The notes beneath the pieces are model-generated. The model made no database searches. It was not told the DNA's origin and saw only the letters and a program-made list of their open reading frames with translations. 64,000 bases of DNA, taken from Escherichia phage JY01. The position numbers were made by a program, and so were the translations under genes. This document shows positions 23,050 to 32,447 of this stretch, one piece after another; position 1 is the stretch's first letter, and the number at the start of each line of letters is the position of its first letter. Location of the stretch: the sequence record OR995200.1. The stretch is one strand, 5' to 3'.

Positions 23050-24144
23050 ATGGCAATTGTTAAAGAAATAACTGCTGATTTAATTAAAAAGTCCGGTGAA
23101 ACAATTTCAGCCGGACAGAGTACTAAATCAGAAGTAGGAACTAAAACATACACAGCCCAGTTTCCAACTGGGCGTGCTAGTGGTAATGACACTACAGGGG
23201 ACTTCCAGGTAACAGATCTATATAAGAATGGATTATTATTTACTGCATACAATATGTCATCTAGGGATTCTGGAAGTCTTAGAACGATGAGATCTAACTA
23301 CTCTTCTTCATCTTCGAGTATTTTACGTACAGCCAGAAACACTATCAGTAATACAGTATCAAAACTATCAAATGGACTAATATCAGATAATAATTCAGGA
23401 ACAATAAGTAAAGTTCCTGTTGCAAATATTCTTTTACCTAGATCTAAATCTGACGTCGATACGTCATCACATAGATTTAATGATGTTCAAGATAGTCTTA
23501 TTACAAAAGGCGGAGGTACTGCTACTGGTGTTCTAAGCAATATGGCTTCAACCGCAGTATTTGGAGCGTTGGAAAGTATAACACAAGGTATAATGGCTGA
23601 TAATAATGAACAGATCTATACAACAGCCAGAAGCATGTACGGCGGTGCTGAAAATAGAACTAAAGTGTTCACTTGGGATTTGACTCCACGCTCAACAGAA
23701 GATTTAATGGCTATTATTAATATCTATCAGTATTTTAACTATTTTTCTTACGGTGAAACTGGTAAATCTCAATATGCTGCTGAAATAAAAGGATATTTAG
23801 ATGAGTGGTATCGTTCTACATTTATTGAACCATTAACGCCAGAAGACGCGATTAAAAACAAGACGTTATTTGAAAAAATGACATCGAGTTTAACGAACGT
23901 TCTTGTAGTTTCAAACCCGACAATTTGGATGGTGAAAAACTTTGGTGCAACTTCTAAATTTGATGGAAAGACTGAAGTATTCGGTCCATGCCAAATACAG
24001 AGTATTAGATTTGATAAAACACCAAATGGCAACTTTAATGGATTAGCTATTGCTCCTAACCTTCCAAGTTCTTTTACACTCGAGATTACTATGAGAGAGA
24101 TTATTACGTTAAACCGTGCTTCTTTATATACGGGGACTTTCTAA
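23050..24144 (+). CDS. 48: baseplate tail tube cap gp48
   Basis: 364 aa, T4 gp48 length and position. Confidence 0.92.
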   Translation: MAIVKEITADLIKKSGETISAGQSTKSEVGTKTYTAQFPTGRASGNDTTGDFQVTDLYKNGLLFTAYNMSSRDSGSLRTMRSNYSSSSSSILRTARNTISNTVSKLSNGLISDNNSGTISKVPVANILLPRSKSDVDTSSHRFNDVQDSLITKGGGTATGVLSNMASTAVFGALESITQGIMADNNEQIYTTARSMYGGAENRTKVFTWDLTPRSTEDLMAIINIYQYFNYFSYGETGKSQYAAEIKGYLDEWYRSTFIEPLTPEDAIKNKTLFEKMTSSLTNVLVVSNPTIWMVKNFGATSKFDGKTEVFGPCQIQSIRFDKTPNGNFNGLAIAPNLPSSFTLEITMREIITLNRASLYTGTF

Positions 24145-25109
24145 TGTATTCTTTAGAGGAATTTAATAATCAAGCAATAAACGCAGACTTCCAACGTAAT
24201 AATATGTTCAGCTGTGTTTTTGCTACAACTCCATCAACTAAAAGCTCATCGTTAATAAGCTCAATTAGTAACTTTGCTTATAATAACTTGGGTCTAAATT
24301 CAGATTGGTTGGGATTAACTCAAGGTGATATTAATCAGGGAATTACCACGCTAATTACCGCTGGAACACAAAAACTAATAAGAAAATCGGGAGTCAGTAA
24401 ATATCTTATTGGCGCTATGAGTCAGCGTACTGTCCAGAGTTTATTAGGCTCATTTACAGTTGGTACATATTTAATTGACTTCTTTAACATGGCATATAAC
24501 TCATCTGGATTGATGATATATTCTGTAAAAATGCCAGAAAATAGATTATCTTATGAAACTGACTGGAACTATAACTCTCCTAATATTCGTATAACTGGAA
24601 GAGAATTAGACCCTTTGGTTATTTCATTCAGAATGGATTCAGAAGCTTGTAACTATCGTGCAATGCAAGACTGGGTTAACGCTGTTCAAGACCCAGTAAC
24701 TGGATTGCGTGCTTTACCGCAAGATGTTGAGGCAGATATTCAGGTTAATCTTCATTCTCGCAATGGATTGCCTCATACTGCGGTGATGTTCACCGGATGC
24801 ATTCCAGTGTCAGTGAGCGCTCCTGAGTTATCATATGATGGAGATAACCAAATAACTACATTTGATGTTACTTTCGCTTATAGAGTCATGCAGGCTGGAG
24901 CAGTTGATAGACAAGCTGCCCTTGAATGGCTTGAATCTGCTACTATAAATGGTATTCAAAGCGTTCTCGGAAATAGTGGAGGTGTTACTGGACTATCTAA
25001 TTCGCTTTCACGACTTAGTAGATTAGGGGGAACTGCAGGAAGCATTTCAAATATTAATACTATGACAGGAATTGTCAATTCGCAAAGTAAAATATTAGGA
25101 GCAATATAA
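24144..25109 (+). CDS. 54: baseplate tail tube initiator gp54
   Basis: 321 aa; gp19-like C-terminal region; terminator hairpin downstream. Confidence 0.92.
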   Translation: MYSLEEFNNQAINADFQRNNMFSCVFATTPSTKSSSLISSISNFAYNNLGLNSDWLGLTQGDINQGITTLITAGTQKLIRKSGVSKYLIGAMSQRTVQSLLGSFTVGTYLIDFFNMAYNSSGLMIYSVKMPENRLSYETDWNYNSPNIRITGRELDPLVISFRMDSEACNYRAMQDWVNAVQDPVTGLRALPQDVEADIQVNLHSRNGLPHTAVMFTGCIPVSVSAPELSYDGDNQITTFDVTFAYRVMQAGAVDRQAALEWLESATINGIQSVLGNSGGVTGLSNSLSRLSRLGGTAGSISNINTMTGIVNSQSKILGAI

Positions 25110-25113
25110 CAAT

Positions 25114-25131
25114 GGGGACCGAAAGGTCCCC
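25114..25131. terminator. bidirectional terminator between convergent gene 54 and the alt.-3-like ORF
   Basis: GGGGACC-GAAA-GGTCCCC followed by ATATTTTTATTT. Confidence 0.65.
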
Positions 25132-25137
25132 ATATTT

Positions 25138-25428
25138 TTATTTACGGAATGAAATAAAAGCAGCAACTGAAGCAACAGAGGTTTCTTCAATATAAACCTC
25201 AATTTTTACCGGAGCTTCTGACTCAAATTTACCTGTTACTACACCCTGAAAAATACTTTCAGTCTGTTCTGGCTTTGAAAAATTTTCAGAAGGAAAAATT
25301 CCGAACTTTTTATCTGTTCCAAAAATTTTGATAAATTCATCATAAACTGCTTCATTGAAAGCGTTATCAGCGGGAATAACGCCTTCAACGACGAGTTCTT
25401 GACCTAAAAAGCGCAAAGAAGATTTCAT
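25138..25428 (-). CDS. hypothetical protein (alt.-3-like)
   Basis: 96-aa ORF with GAGGA SD, preceded by an early-type promoter. Confidence 0.6.
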   Translation of the reverse strand: MKSSLRFLGQELVVEGVIPADNAFNEAVYDEFIKIFGTDKKFGIFPSENFSKPEQTESIFQGVVTGKFESEAPVKIEVYIEETSVASVAAFISFRK

Positions 25429-25432
25429 TTTG

Positions 25433-25486
25433 TGTTCCTCATGTTATGTCAGTAAGACTACTATAACACAACATGAGGGACTTGTA
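25433..25486 (-). repeat. 54-bp promoter-leader cassette, copy 1
   Basis: tcctcatgttatgtcagtaaGactactataacacaacaTgagGgacttgtaaac; 51/54 identical to copy 2. Confidence 0.8.
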
Positions 25487-25489
25487 AAC
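25460..25489 (-). promoter_or_regulatory. early (sigma70-type) promoter for the alt.-3-like ORF
   Basis: minus strand: GTTTAC - 18 nt - TATAGT; part of the 54-bp repeat. Confidence 0.55.
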
Positions 25490-27546
25490 TACATTTTGAA
25501 CTTTTTAGACATTCCGTTGATGTTAACCAAAGAAGCTAAGATTTGAGAAACTTCGTTTTCCTCTTCTTTTGATTCTTCTACAAGGAATTGATTAAATCCA
25601 GCCATTGGACGAACTTCACCAGTTTCCATTAGATGGTCGCCATCATATACTGATTCTTCTAATTGTTCAGAAGGAGGAACGATTGTACCTTCGATTAGAT
25701 ACTTGTTATAAGCAGTTTCTTTCATAAAGTAAGTACTTACTTTATTAATCTTCAGTAAAATTCCACGTGGTAGAATAACTTCAGCTTCTGATGGAAATCC
25801 TGACAAATGACCTGGAACGATAACTTTAACTCGTTCAGCTCCTTTAATTACCATACCCACGCTAGTTTCAGCATCTTCATTAGCATATGTAGAATGACTA
25901 CCCATATGCATCAAATCTTCTGCATCAACGGAACCTTCTCCTTCACCAGAAAATACTGCTCCGGAATTATCTAAGGCCATATAATTTTTACCATACTCAC
26001 CAAAGATATTTGGTTTAAGTGATGTCGATACGAAGTTCTTGAAATAGAACATTTTATTTTCAATGTTATGACGCAAAGTTTTAAAAGTAACTTCTTGTCC
26101 ACGGTAAAGTGTAGTTCCTGGAGGAAGAACTGAACCTTTAGCAAACGCAGAATCTAACGTCTCAATATGTTTAATAGCTCGTTCCATATATTCTTCACGG
26201 GTAGAATCTGGTTTACCTAAAAGGAATGAGTTCATTTCAACATATGAATCTGCACAATAATCTTCAATTACATCAGATTCAGCCTGAGTCAATCCTTTTG
26301 GAGTTACTTCAGTGCTTGCATATTCATACGCCTGAGCAGCGGATTCATCAATTAATTTATAAATGCCATTCATGACAAATTGAATAATAGCTGTCTTTTC
26401 ATCTGGCGTAGCTTTAGAACCTTTAACTAAATCATTGACAATTTTCTTAATAACATCAAAGCTATTAGAAATATTAATGTCAGCAAGATCGCTTAAAATT
26501 TTATCAGTTTTATAATCAAAAAATTCTTTATTCTTTAAATATTCTTGAGAACTTTGATATGTTATATCGCTCTGCAACTTGATAGATGGATCACGTAAAC
26601 GTGCATGGGCTAATGCAATATGATTTCGGAAGCTTTCTAGTTCATAATCACTAGATTTAAAACGAGAAGCACTCCTCATACCACCGATAGCTCCTTTGCT
26701 GAAGTTTGAACCAACCTGAATAACGCCAGAGTTCATTGGTCCTTCTGCTTTATATACCGGAACTTTAGATTCAAACTCTTGATATTTCTTAGCAGCAAAG
26801 CTATCACCCTGAAGTGAAGCATCAACAGTAGAATATTGAGCTTGTGCTGCTAATCGACGACTAATTTTAGTTTTCTGAATAACAGCTTGATCCGTACGCT
26901 TATCATTTTCTAAAGCAATAGAAGCAGCAACTGCGACAGCTTTAGGAACAGCATTACCTGTTTTAACGTCTACATAAACATCACCAACCTTTGATTCAAC
27001 TTTTGTGAATAACTCAGTTGAAATAGGAGGTACACCTGGAATGTCTTCTAAATTGGCATTTTTACGGTAAACCATAATATATGCATATTTCTTATCATAG
27101 TCCCAGATTTCCTTTAAAAGAACATATCGACCTGCTCCTTTAGTACGTACTAAACGGTCAGCAATAACTTGCATTTGACGAGCAGCGCCGTTTGTTTTAC
27201 TTTTTAGTACGCGGAATAGGCATGCATCAATTTTATACTGTTTCATTGTTTGAAGAGCAGTATCAAAAACCGCATTAATGACGCCAATTGGATTTCCACC
27301 CAAGTTTTTAAGCTTAACTAACGATAATTTCTCGTTGACGCCTATCATTACGATATGCATCATTTTGTCGCCTGGCTTAACGTTTTTATTCGTATCACCG
27401 CCAGAGGTGTATGTACAAAATCTAAATCCAGGAAGCACGCTTTCTTCACCGGCTTGAATAGCAAAAATTTGTGGTATTTTATGCTTAGGATTTAAGTTAA
27501 CAACCGGCGCCGAAGCGCCGTCAAATAATTCTGTAATAAGTTCCAT
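25489..27546 (-). CDS. Alt-family ADP-ribosyltransferase paralogue (685 aa)
   Basis: N-terminal MELITELFD targeting sequence; C-terminal R / STS / E-x-E triad (YRGQ, FVSTSL, EAEVILPRG); paralogue of the adjacent gene. Confidence 0.8.
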   Translation of the reverse strand: MELITELFDGASAPVVNLNPKHKIPQIFAIQAGEESVLPGFRFCTYTSGGDTNKNVKPGDKMMHIVMIGVNEKLSLVKLKNLGGNPIGVINAVFDTALQTMKQYKIDACLFRVLKSKTNGAARQMQVIADRLVRTKGAGRYVLLKEIWDYDKKYAYIMVYRKNANLEDIPGVPPISTELFTKVESKVGDVYVDVKTGNAVPKAVAVAASIALENDKRTDQAVIQKTKISRRLAAQAQYSTVDASLQGDSFAAKKYQEFESKVPVYKAEGPMNSGVIQVGSNFSKGAIGGMRSASRFKSSDYELESFRNHIALAHARLRDPSIKLQSDITYQSSQEYLKNKEFFDYKTDKILSDLADINISNSFDVIKKIVNDLVKGSKATPDEKTAIIQFVMNGIYKLIDESAAQAYEYASTEVTPKGLTQAESDVIEDYCADSYVEMNSFLLGKPDSTREEYMERAIKHIETLDSAFAKGSVLPPGTTLYRGQEVTFKTLRHNIENKMFYFKNFVSTSLKPNIFGEYGKNYMALDNSGAVFSGEGEGSVDAEDLMHMGSHSTYANEDAETSVGMVIKGAERVKVIVPGHLSGFPSEAEVILPRGILLKINKVSTYFMKETAYNKYLIEGTIVPPSEQLEESVYDGDHLMETGEVRPMAGFNQFLVEESKEEENEVSQILASLVNINGMSKKFKM

Positions 27547-27549
27547 GAT

Positions 27550-29643
27550 TTATCCTTGAACGAACTTGTAAGGCATGTTTGTAATATCTATGCAAGACGC
27601 AATAATTCCAAGAGATGATTCTACTTTCTGTTTAACGTTTGATGAAACAAATGATGCAAAGTCAACTCTGTCTTCTATTTCAATATCACCTGTCATTGCA
27701 ACTACTTCACCGGTTTCCATTAAATGGTCTCCGTCATAGATTACCGATTCGGTGAGCTCTTCCGTGGTCATAACTTCAGCTTGAATGAGTTTTGTATTAT
27801 TAAATGTTGTTCCGTCATTATTAGAAGCATCAGTTATTTTATTAACTTTGACCATCAATCCACGCGGTAGAATAACTTCAGCTTCTGTTGCTATTCCGAG
27901 ACTTCCTGGATATACAACATTAACTTTATGAGCTCCATCAATTGCCCATCCTATTTGAACTTTAACGTATTCAGGATTTTCTTTATACGCTCTTATTTCG
28001 TTTGGATTAATAGTTATTCCTTCTTCATTTTTATCAACTGTTAATTCATTGCGAGCTTCTGGTTCTAAAAGACCAATACCAGCATGTGTGATTCCAAAAC
28101 GTCCAAAAATGATAGGAGTTAAAGAAGTAGATACAAAATTTCTGAAATAGAACACTTTATTTTTAACTAACGCTTCATATATAGGAGCAGTCATACTTTG
28201 AGCACGATAAACTGTAATGCCTTCTGGTATACGGTCACCATTTTCAAAAGCTGAATCTAAGTTATTTATAGCAGATTCAATTTCTTTTTCACTCATTACA
28301 TCATATCGTTCTGGATTGTAACGACCTAAAAGAAGATTATTGATGTCAGTATATCCTGAACCGCAATATTCTCTAATGCCACGCTTTTGTGATGGAGTAT
28401 ATTTAGAACCATCGCGGGCAATAGTAATATCAATCATTGGACCAGCACCAATTCCAGAAAAACTGTAAATCATTCGTTTGAGGAATTTAGTTTTTGCTGC
28501 GTTCCAGGAATTTTTAGTTATTTCTTCCCAGACTTCATCTGGTTGTCCTTTACGATTTTTATTATGATTAGCAAGCCATTTATCTTTATAATCTTCAAAG
28601 AATTGATTTACAGCTGCTGCGTATTTCTCTAAACATTTTATTGAAGTAGTTGGTTCATTTTTAATTGCATTAAAAATTACTTCTTTAATTTTTTCTGAAA
28701 CTTCACCGACTTGACTCATTGGAAAGAATTTATAATCATAGTGAAGTTCATCTGCCGTTCCTTCAGCAATAATTTTTGCTGCCTTTGTTTTAGAAGCTAA
28801 TGAATTAATTCCAATTTTCATTTCTTCTGCTTCGGGAATTAAAGGTGCAGTAGCTGGTTTATTAAAATTAGCTGCTGTAGATTCATACTTCTGGAATAAT
28901 TCACTTTCAAATCTAGAAGATTCCAATGACTGACTTTGTGCAATTGCTCTACGGGAAATTTTAACTTTAACGATTACGGCTTGGTCAGAACGTTTATCAT
29001 TTTCTTGTGCAATAGATGCAGCAATTGCCTCATTTTTGGTTACTTGAGCTCCAGTATCTTTATTGATATAAACATCACCGACCTTCGATTCAACTTTAGT
29101 AAAGAGTTCAGTGCTAATTTCTGGAACTCCTGGAATGTCTTCTAATGATACATTTTTGCGATGTATAAGAATATATGCATACTTTTTATCGTAATCCCAG
29201 AGTTCCTTAAGAAGGACGTATCTGCCACCTGAACGACTGCGGATGAGTCTATCAGCAATAAGTTGAATTTGTCGAGCTTGACCGGCGGTTTTAGACTTAA
29301 GAATACGAAGCATGCAGGCATCAATTTTATATTGACGCATTGTTTGCATTGCAACAGTAAAAACTGAATTGATATAATTAATCGGGCTTGGACCAAGACC
29401 TTTTAATTTAGCAATTGAACCTTTAGCAGTTAATGTAAAAGGAACAATGTGCATCATTTTATCGCCCATCTTTAAATCACGATTAGTATCACCTTCAGAT
29501 GTATAGGTACATAAACGAAAGCCTGGTTGTTCAATTGCATCATCAACATGAACTGAAAAAATTTGTGGTATTTTCTTCTTTGGATTTAAGTTTGTAATCG
29601 GAAGAGTAGTATCTTCGTCAAATAATTCTGTAATAAGTTCCAT
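27550..29643 (-). CDS. alt: Alt ADP-ribosyltransferase (capsid-packaged, injected)
   Basis: 697 aa; MELITELFD N-terminus; YRAQ, FVSTSL, EAEVILPRG motifs; late promoter TATAAATA (minus) upstream; adjacent to DNA ligase as in T4. Confidence 0.85.
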   Translation of the reverse strand: MELITELFDEDTTLPITNLNPKKKIPQIFSVHVDDAIEQPGFRLCTYTSEGDTNRDLKMGDKMMHIVPFTLTAKGSIAKLKGLGPSPINYINSVFTVAMQTMRQYKIDACMLRILKSKTAGQARQIQLIADRLIRSRSGGRYVLLKELWDYDKKYAYILIHRKNVSLEDIPGVPEISTELFTKVESKVGDVYINKDTGAQVTKNEAIAASIAQENDKRSDQAVIVKVKISRRAIAQSQSLESSRFESELFQKYESTAANFNKPATAPLIPEAEEMKIGINSLASKTKAAKIIAEGTADELHYDYKFFPMSQVGEVSEKIKEVIFNAIKNEPTTSIKCLEKYAAAVNQFFEDYKDKWLANHNKNRKGQPDEVWEEITKNSWNAAKTKFLKRMIYSFSGIGAGPMIDITIARDGSKYTPSQKRGIREYCGSGYTDINNLLLGRYNPERYDVMSEKEIESAINNLDSAFENGDRIPEGITVYRAQSMTAPIYEALVKNKVFYFRNFVSTSLTPIIFGRFGITHAGIGLLEPEARNELTVDKNEEGITINPNEIRAYKENPEYVKVQIGWAIDGAHKVNVVYPGSLGIATEAEVILPRGLMVKVNKITDASNNDGTTFNNTKLIQAEVMTTEELTESVIYDGDHLMETGEVVAMTGDIEIEDRVDFASFVSSNVKQKVESSLGIIASCIDITNMPYKFVQG

Positions 29644-29666
29644 GTTATCCTCTCTAGTGTTTATTC

Positions 29667-29674
29667 TATTTATA
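29667..29674 (-). promoter_or_regulatory. late promoter (TATAAATA on minus) for alt
   Basis: plus-strand TATTTATA ~24 bp upstream of the alt start. Confidence 0.6.
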
Positions 29675-29680
29675 AAATTA

Positions 29681-29697
29681 AAGGCCCGAAGGCCTTT
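29681..29697 (-). terminator. stem-loop upstream of the alt late promoter
   Basis: minus strand AAAGGCC-TTCG-GGCCTTT. Confidence 0.5.
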
Positions 29698-29699
29698 AA

Positions 29700-29885
29700 T
29701 TAATAGAGAGCTAAAAGAGTACGATATACTTCAAACTTTGGACCTTTTTCATATGGATCAAATCTTTCCGTGAATTCATCATATGCTAGTTTATCTGGGA
29801 ATTCAAGAATAACCTGCGATACCGCAGTGGAAACATCTCCACCTTCTTTTTGAGCCACGACAATTGTTTCTAAGTAAGCTTTCAT
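29700..29885 (-). CDS. hypothetical protein
   Basis: 61-aa ORF between ligase and alt, overlapping the ligase stop. Confidence 0.5.
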   Translation of the reverse strand: MKAYLETIVVAQKEGGDVSTAVSQVILEFPDKLAYDEFTERFDPYEKGPKFEVYRTLLALY

Positions 29886-31345
29886 AAACCAGTTACCTCA
29901 TGAAAATCGCCAAATACATCTTCGAACGTATTAGCTTTAGTTTTATCTTCACGTAAACGAATTGCAATTGGAAGAAATAGCTTAACGTAATCAGTACGTC
30001 CATCTAATTTTACCCAGCCGTTGCATTCGCACTCTAGAATTTTTCCAATATAATAATTTTGGTTTTCCATAATGCGAGTACGATCAAGTTCATGCGATTT
30101 TATACCGGCTTTATCTTTTAAGCCTGAACCAGCATTTACTTTAATTTTTCCACACTCTGATTCAAGAATGAAACCACCTGCTTTAGTAGGGTCTTTACGG
30201 TGAGGATAAATTCCTACAATTTTTAAATCAACATCAATTACTTCTTTAAATTTATAAAGATTTTTTGAACGAGCATTTTCCCATAATCCATCGATATTTT
30301 TGAGAATAATACCTTCAAGACCTTGGTCAATATACTTTTTATAAATTACCTTAGCTTCATCTAGGTTATTTACTATCTGGTTTTCAATTAAAATTACTTT
30401 ATCATAGCCTGATGTCATTTGTTCTAGTTTAGAAAAACGTACATCATATTTTAAACGAAATGCTGGAAGACCATATATTTCTACTAATGGAACATAGTCC
30501 CAGACCTGAAACTTCATGCAGTGTGCTTCTTTTTCAGAAATGGTTCCCTTTAAAGATTTATTAGCGATTCCATTAGAAGTAGTACGTGATTCAGCTACTT
30601 CGGCGAATTCTTTAGCTTTACTAATTTCAGGATAAGCATCAAAAAGAAAATCTAGGCCTTCTGGTTCCTTTTCAACTTGCTCATGGTATACCAATTCGCC
30701 ATCAATTAACACACCTTCTGGATGAATCTGGCGAGCTTCTGCAGTCATTTTGATTAACTCTTCCTTGAGAAGATCTAATCCTAGATATTCATTACCAGCT
30801 CGTGATAAAAGACGAACATCATCTAATTCATCACCTCTGACTTCAGCAAAGCACCGAGCTCCATCAGCTTTTAACTGGGCAAAAGCTGGAAATTTGATAT
30901 TCTTATTAATGCCTTTTTCATCATAAGAACTTGCCAGCATTTGAGGTTGTTCAGGAATTAAACCTGGCCAAACTTTGTTTGCAATAGATACTGATGCACC
31001 ACATTCAAGGTCTCGCATCATCACCCGACGCAAAACTTCAACATCATCTTTTTTACCGTCAGCAATATATCCAGTTAATTCCTCAATTGCCGCATTTCCG
31101 GTCAATTTCCGAGTAGCTAACGTGAATTCAATGAAGTCAAGCATATCGGTAAGAGTCAACATTCCAAAACTCTGGGTAGTAATACCCGGTTTAGGCCATT
31201 TCTTGATATAATACTGTAACCCACGAGAATAAGTCAGACGATATACTCGTTTAAGCAATTCATTATCTTTATTCTTTTCAAGAATTGCTTGCTTCTGCTT
31301 AGTTGAACCAATAGATGCTATTTCGTTCAGAATTTTAAGAATCAT
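29882..31345 (-). CDS. 30: ATP-dependent DNA ligase gp30
   Basis: 487 aa; adenylation motif KADGAR; T4 ligase length. Confidence 0.95.
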   Translation of the reverse strand: MILKILNEIASIGSTKQKQAILEKNKDNELLKRVYRLTYSRGLQYYIKKWPKPGITTQSFGMLTLTDMLDFIEFTLATRKLTGNAAIEELTGYIADGKKDDVEVLRRVMMRDLECGASVSIANKVWPGLIPEQPQMLASSYDEKGINKNIKFPAFAQLKADGARCFAEVRGDELDDVRLLSRAGNEYLGLDLLKEELIKMTAEARQIHPEGVLIDGELVYHEQVEKEPEGLDFLFDAYPEISKAKEFAEVAESRTTSNGIANKSLKGTISEKEAHCMKFQVWDYVPLVEIYGLPAFRLKYDVRFSKLEQMTSGYDKVILIENQIVNNLDEAKVIYKKYIDQGLEGIILKNIDGLWENARSKNLYKFKEVIDVDLKIVGIYPHRKDPTKAGGFILESECGKIKVNAGSGLKDKAGIKSHELDRTRIMENQNYYIGKILECECNGWVKLDGRTDYVKLFLPIAIRLREDKTKANTFEDVFGDFHEVTGL

Positions 31346-31611
31346 TGTTCATCCTTTAGAGTTTGGTTTACAGCTCTATTATAAATCAATTCATCATTAA
31401 GCTCAGGCAAAGACTTATGATATGTAGTTCTAACTTTATTTCCTTGCATCCAGTGCTTAACGTAAATGAAACCTTGCTCTACACATTTTTTAAAAATTCG
31501 TTCGTCTTTTTGAGCTCGGAATTCTGGATTACATCTAAAAAATTGATTTACGTGACCGTAATCACGTGTAGTATTACCTTCATTTTCATAAATAGTGTGA
31601 ACAACAAACAT
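31342..31611 (-). CDS. hypothetical protein (30.1-like)
   Basis: 89-aa ORF, overlapping junctions. Confidence 0.6.
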   Translation of the reverse strand: MFVVHTIYENEGNTTRDYGHVNQFFRCNPEFRAQKDERIFKKCVEQGFIYVKHWMQGNKVRTTYHKSLPELNDELIYNRAVNQTLKDEQ

Positions 31612-32447
31612 TAGAATGCTCCTTGGAAAATATTATCACCACAAGTAGGTCTATTATACAAATACTCTATGCCACCGGGTTTAATATAGTTCCATGTCTG
31701 AAAAGGATGCGTCTGATATGGATGATATAGATTATAAGGATTAAATCCAGGAGTTCTCCAGGTAGTGTTCCAAGGAAAAGAATCGTTTTTAATCATCTTC
31801 TCAATTACATCTTTTATAACTTTTTCACTATCAAAACTTTCTTTATTTTCCTTCGATGGAAAAAGCTTATTCTCTACATCATTCCATGTATAAACTCGCT
31901 GTGCAGTTTTTGGAATACTGTCACGTTCCCCTCGAGCCATCCAATAAACAGGAACATTTAATATTTCACTCGCGTGGTCGCAGTGGTGAGCAAGATCGTC
32001 AATATAACAAATTACGTTATATTTTTCTTTTGCCTTTTTGAACAACTCTTCTTTTGAAGAATCATGACCACACATTAATATTTCTGAGAAGGCACCAGGA
32101 AAAAGAGCATTCAAATTAAATTGACGATTCAGCAGAGCGTCAATAGAATCACCCAGTGCTGTAACAGCTACAAAATTATAATCTTCTTTTAATTTGTTAA
32201 TTACACACAGGGCATCTTTATACGGAGACAAGTAACGAATAAAATCTGAACGATTGTATTTTTCAATTAACTTGACACCAAGTTCTTCATCGCAATTAAA
32301 GAGCTTACCAGGAGAAATAAATTTTTCGTCCTGAATCATTTTTAAAATATGTTCTAATGGAAGATTATATTTTTGGGCAAAATAAGGAAGACCTGATTGC
32401 CAGCTTAAACATACACCATCAATATCAGTCAAAATAGTAGGCTTCAT
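31611..32447 (-). CDS. HAD-superfamily hydrolase-like protein (30.2-like)
   Basis: 278 aa; N-terminal ILTDIDGV (HAD motif I, DxDG) and later YIDD (motif IV-like). Confidence 0.6.
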   Translation of the reverse strand: MKPTILTDIDGVCLSWQSGLPYFAQKYNLPLEHILKMIQDEKFISPGKLFNCDEELGVKLIEKYNRSDFIRYLSPYKDALCVINKLKEDYNFVAVTALGDSIDALLNRQFNLNALFPGAFSEILMCGHDSSKEELFKKAKEKYNVICYIDDLAHHCDHASEILNVPVYWMARGERDSIPKTAQRVYTWNDVENKLFPSKENKESFDSEKVIKDVIEKMIKNDSFPWNTTWRTPGFNPYNLYHPYQTHPFQTWNYIKPGGIEYLYNRPTCGDNIFQGAF

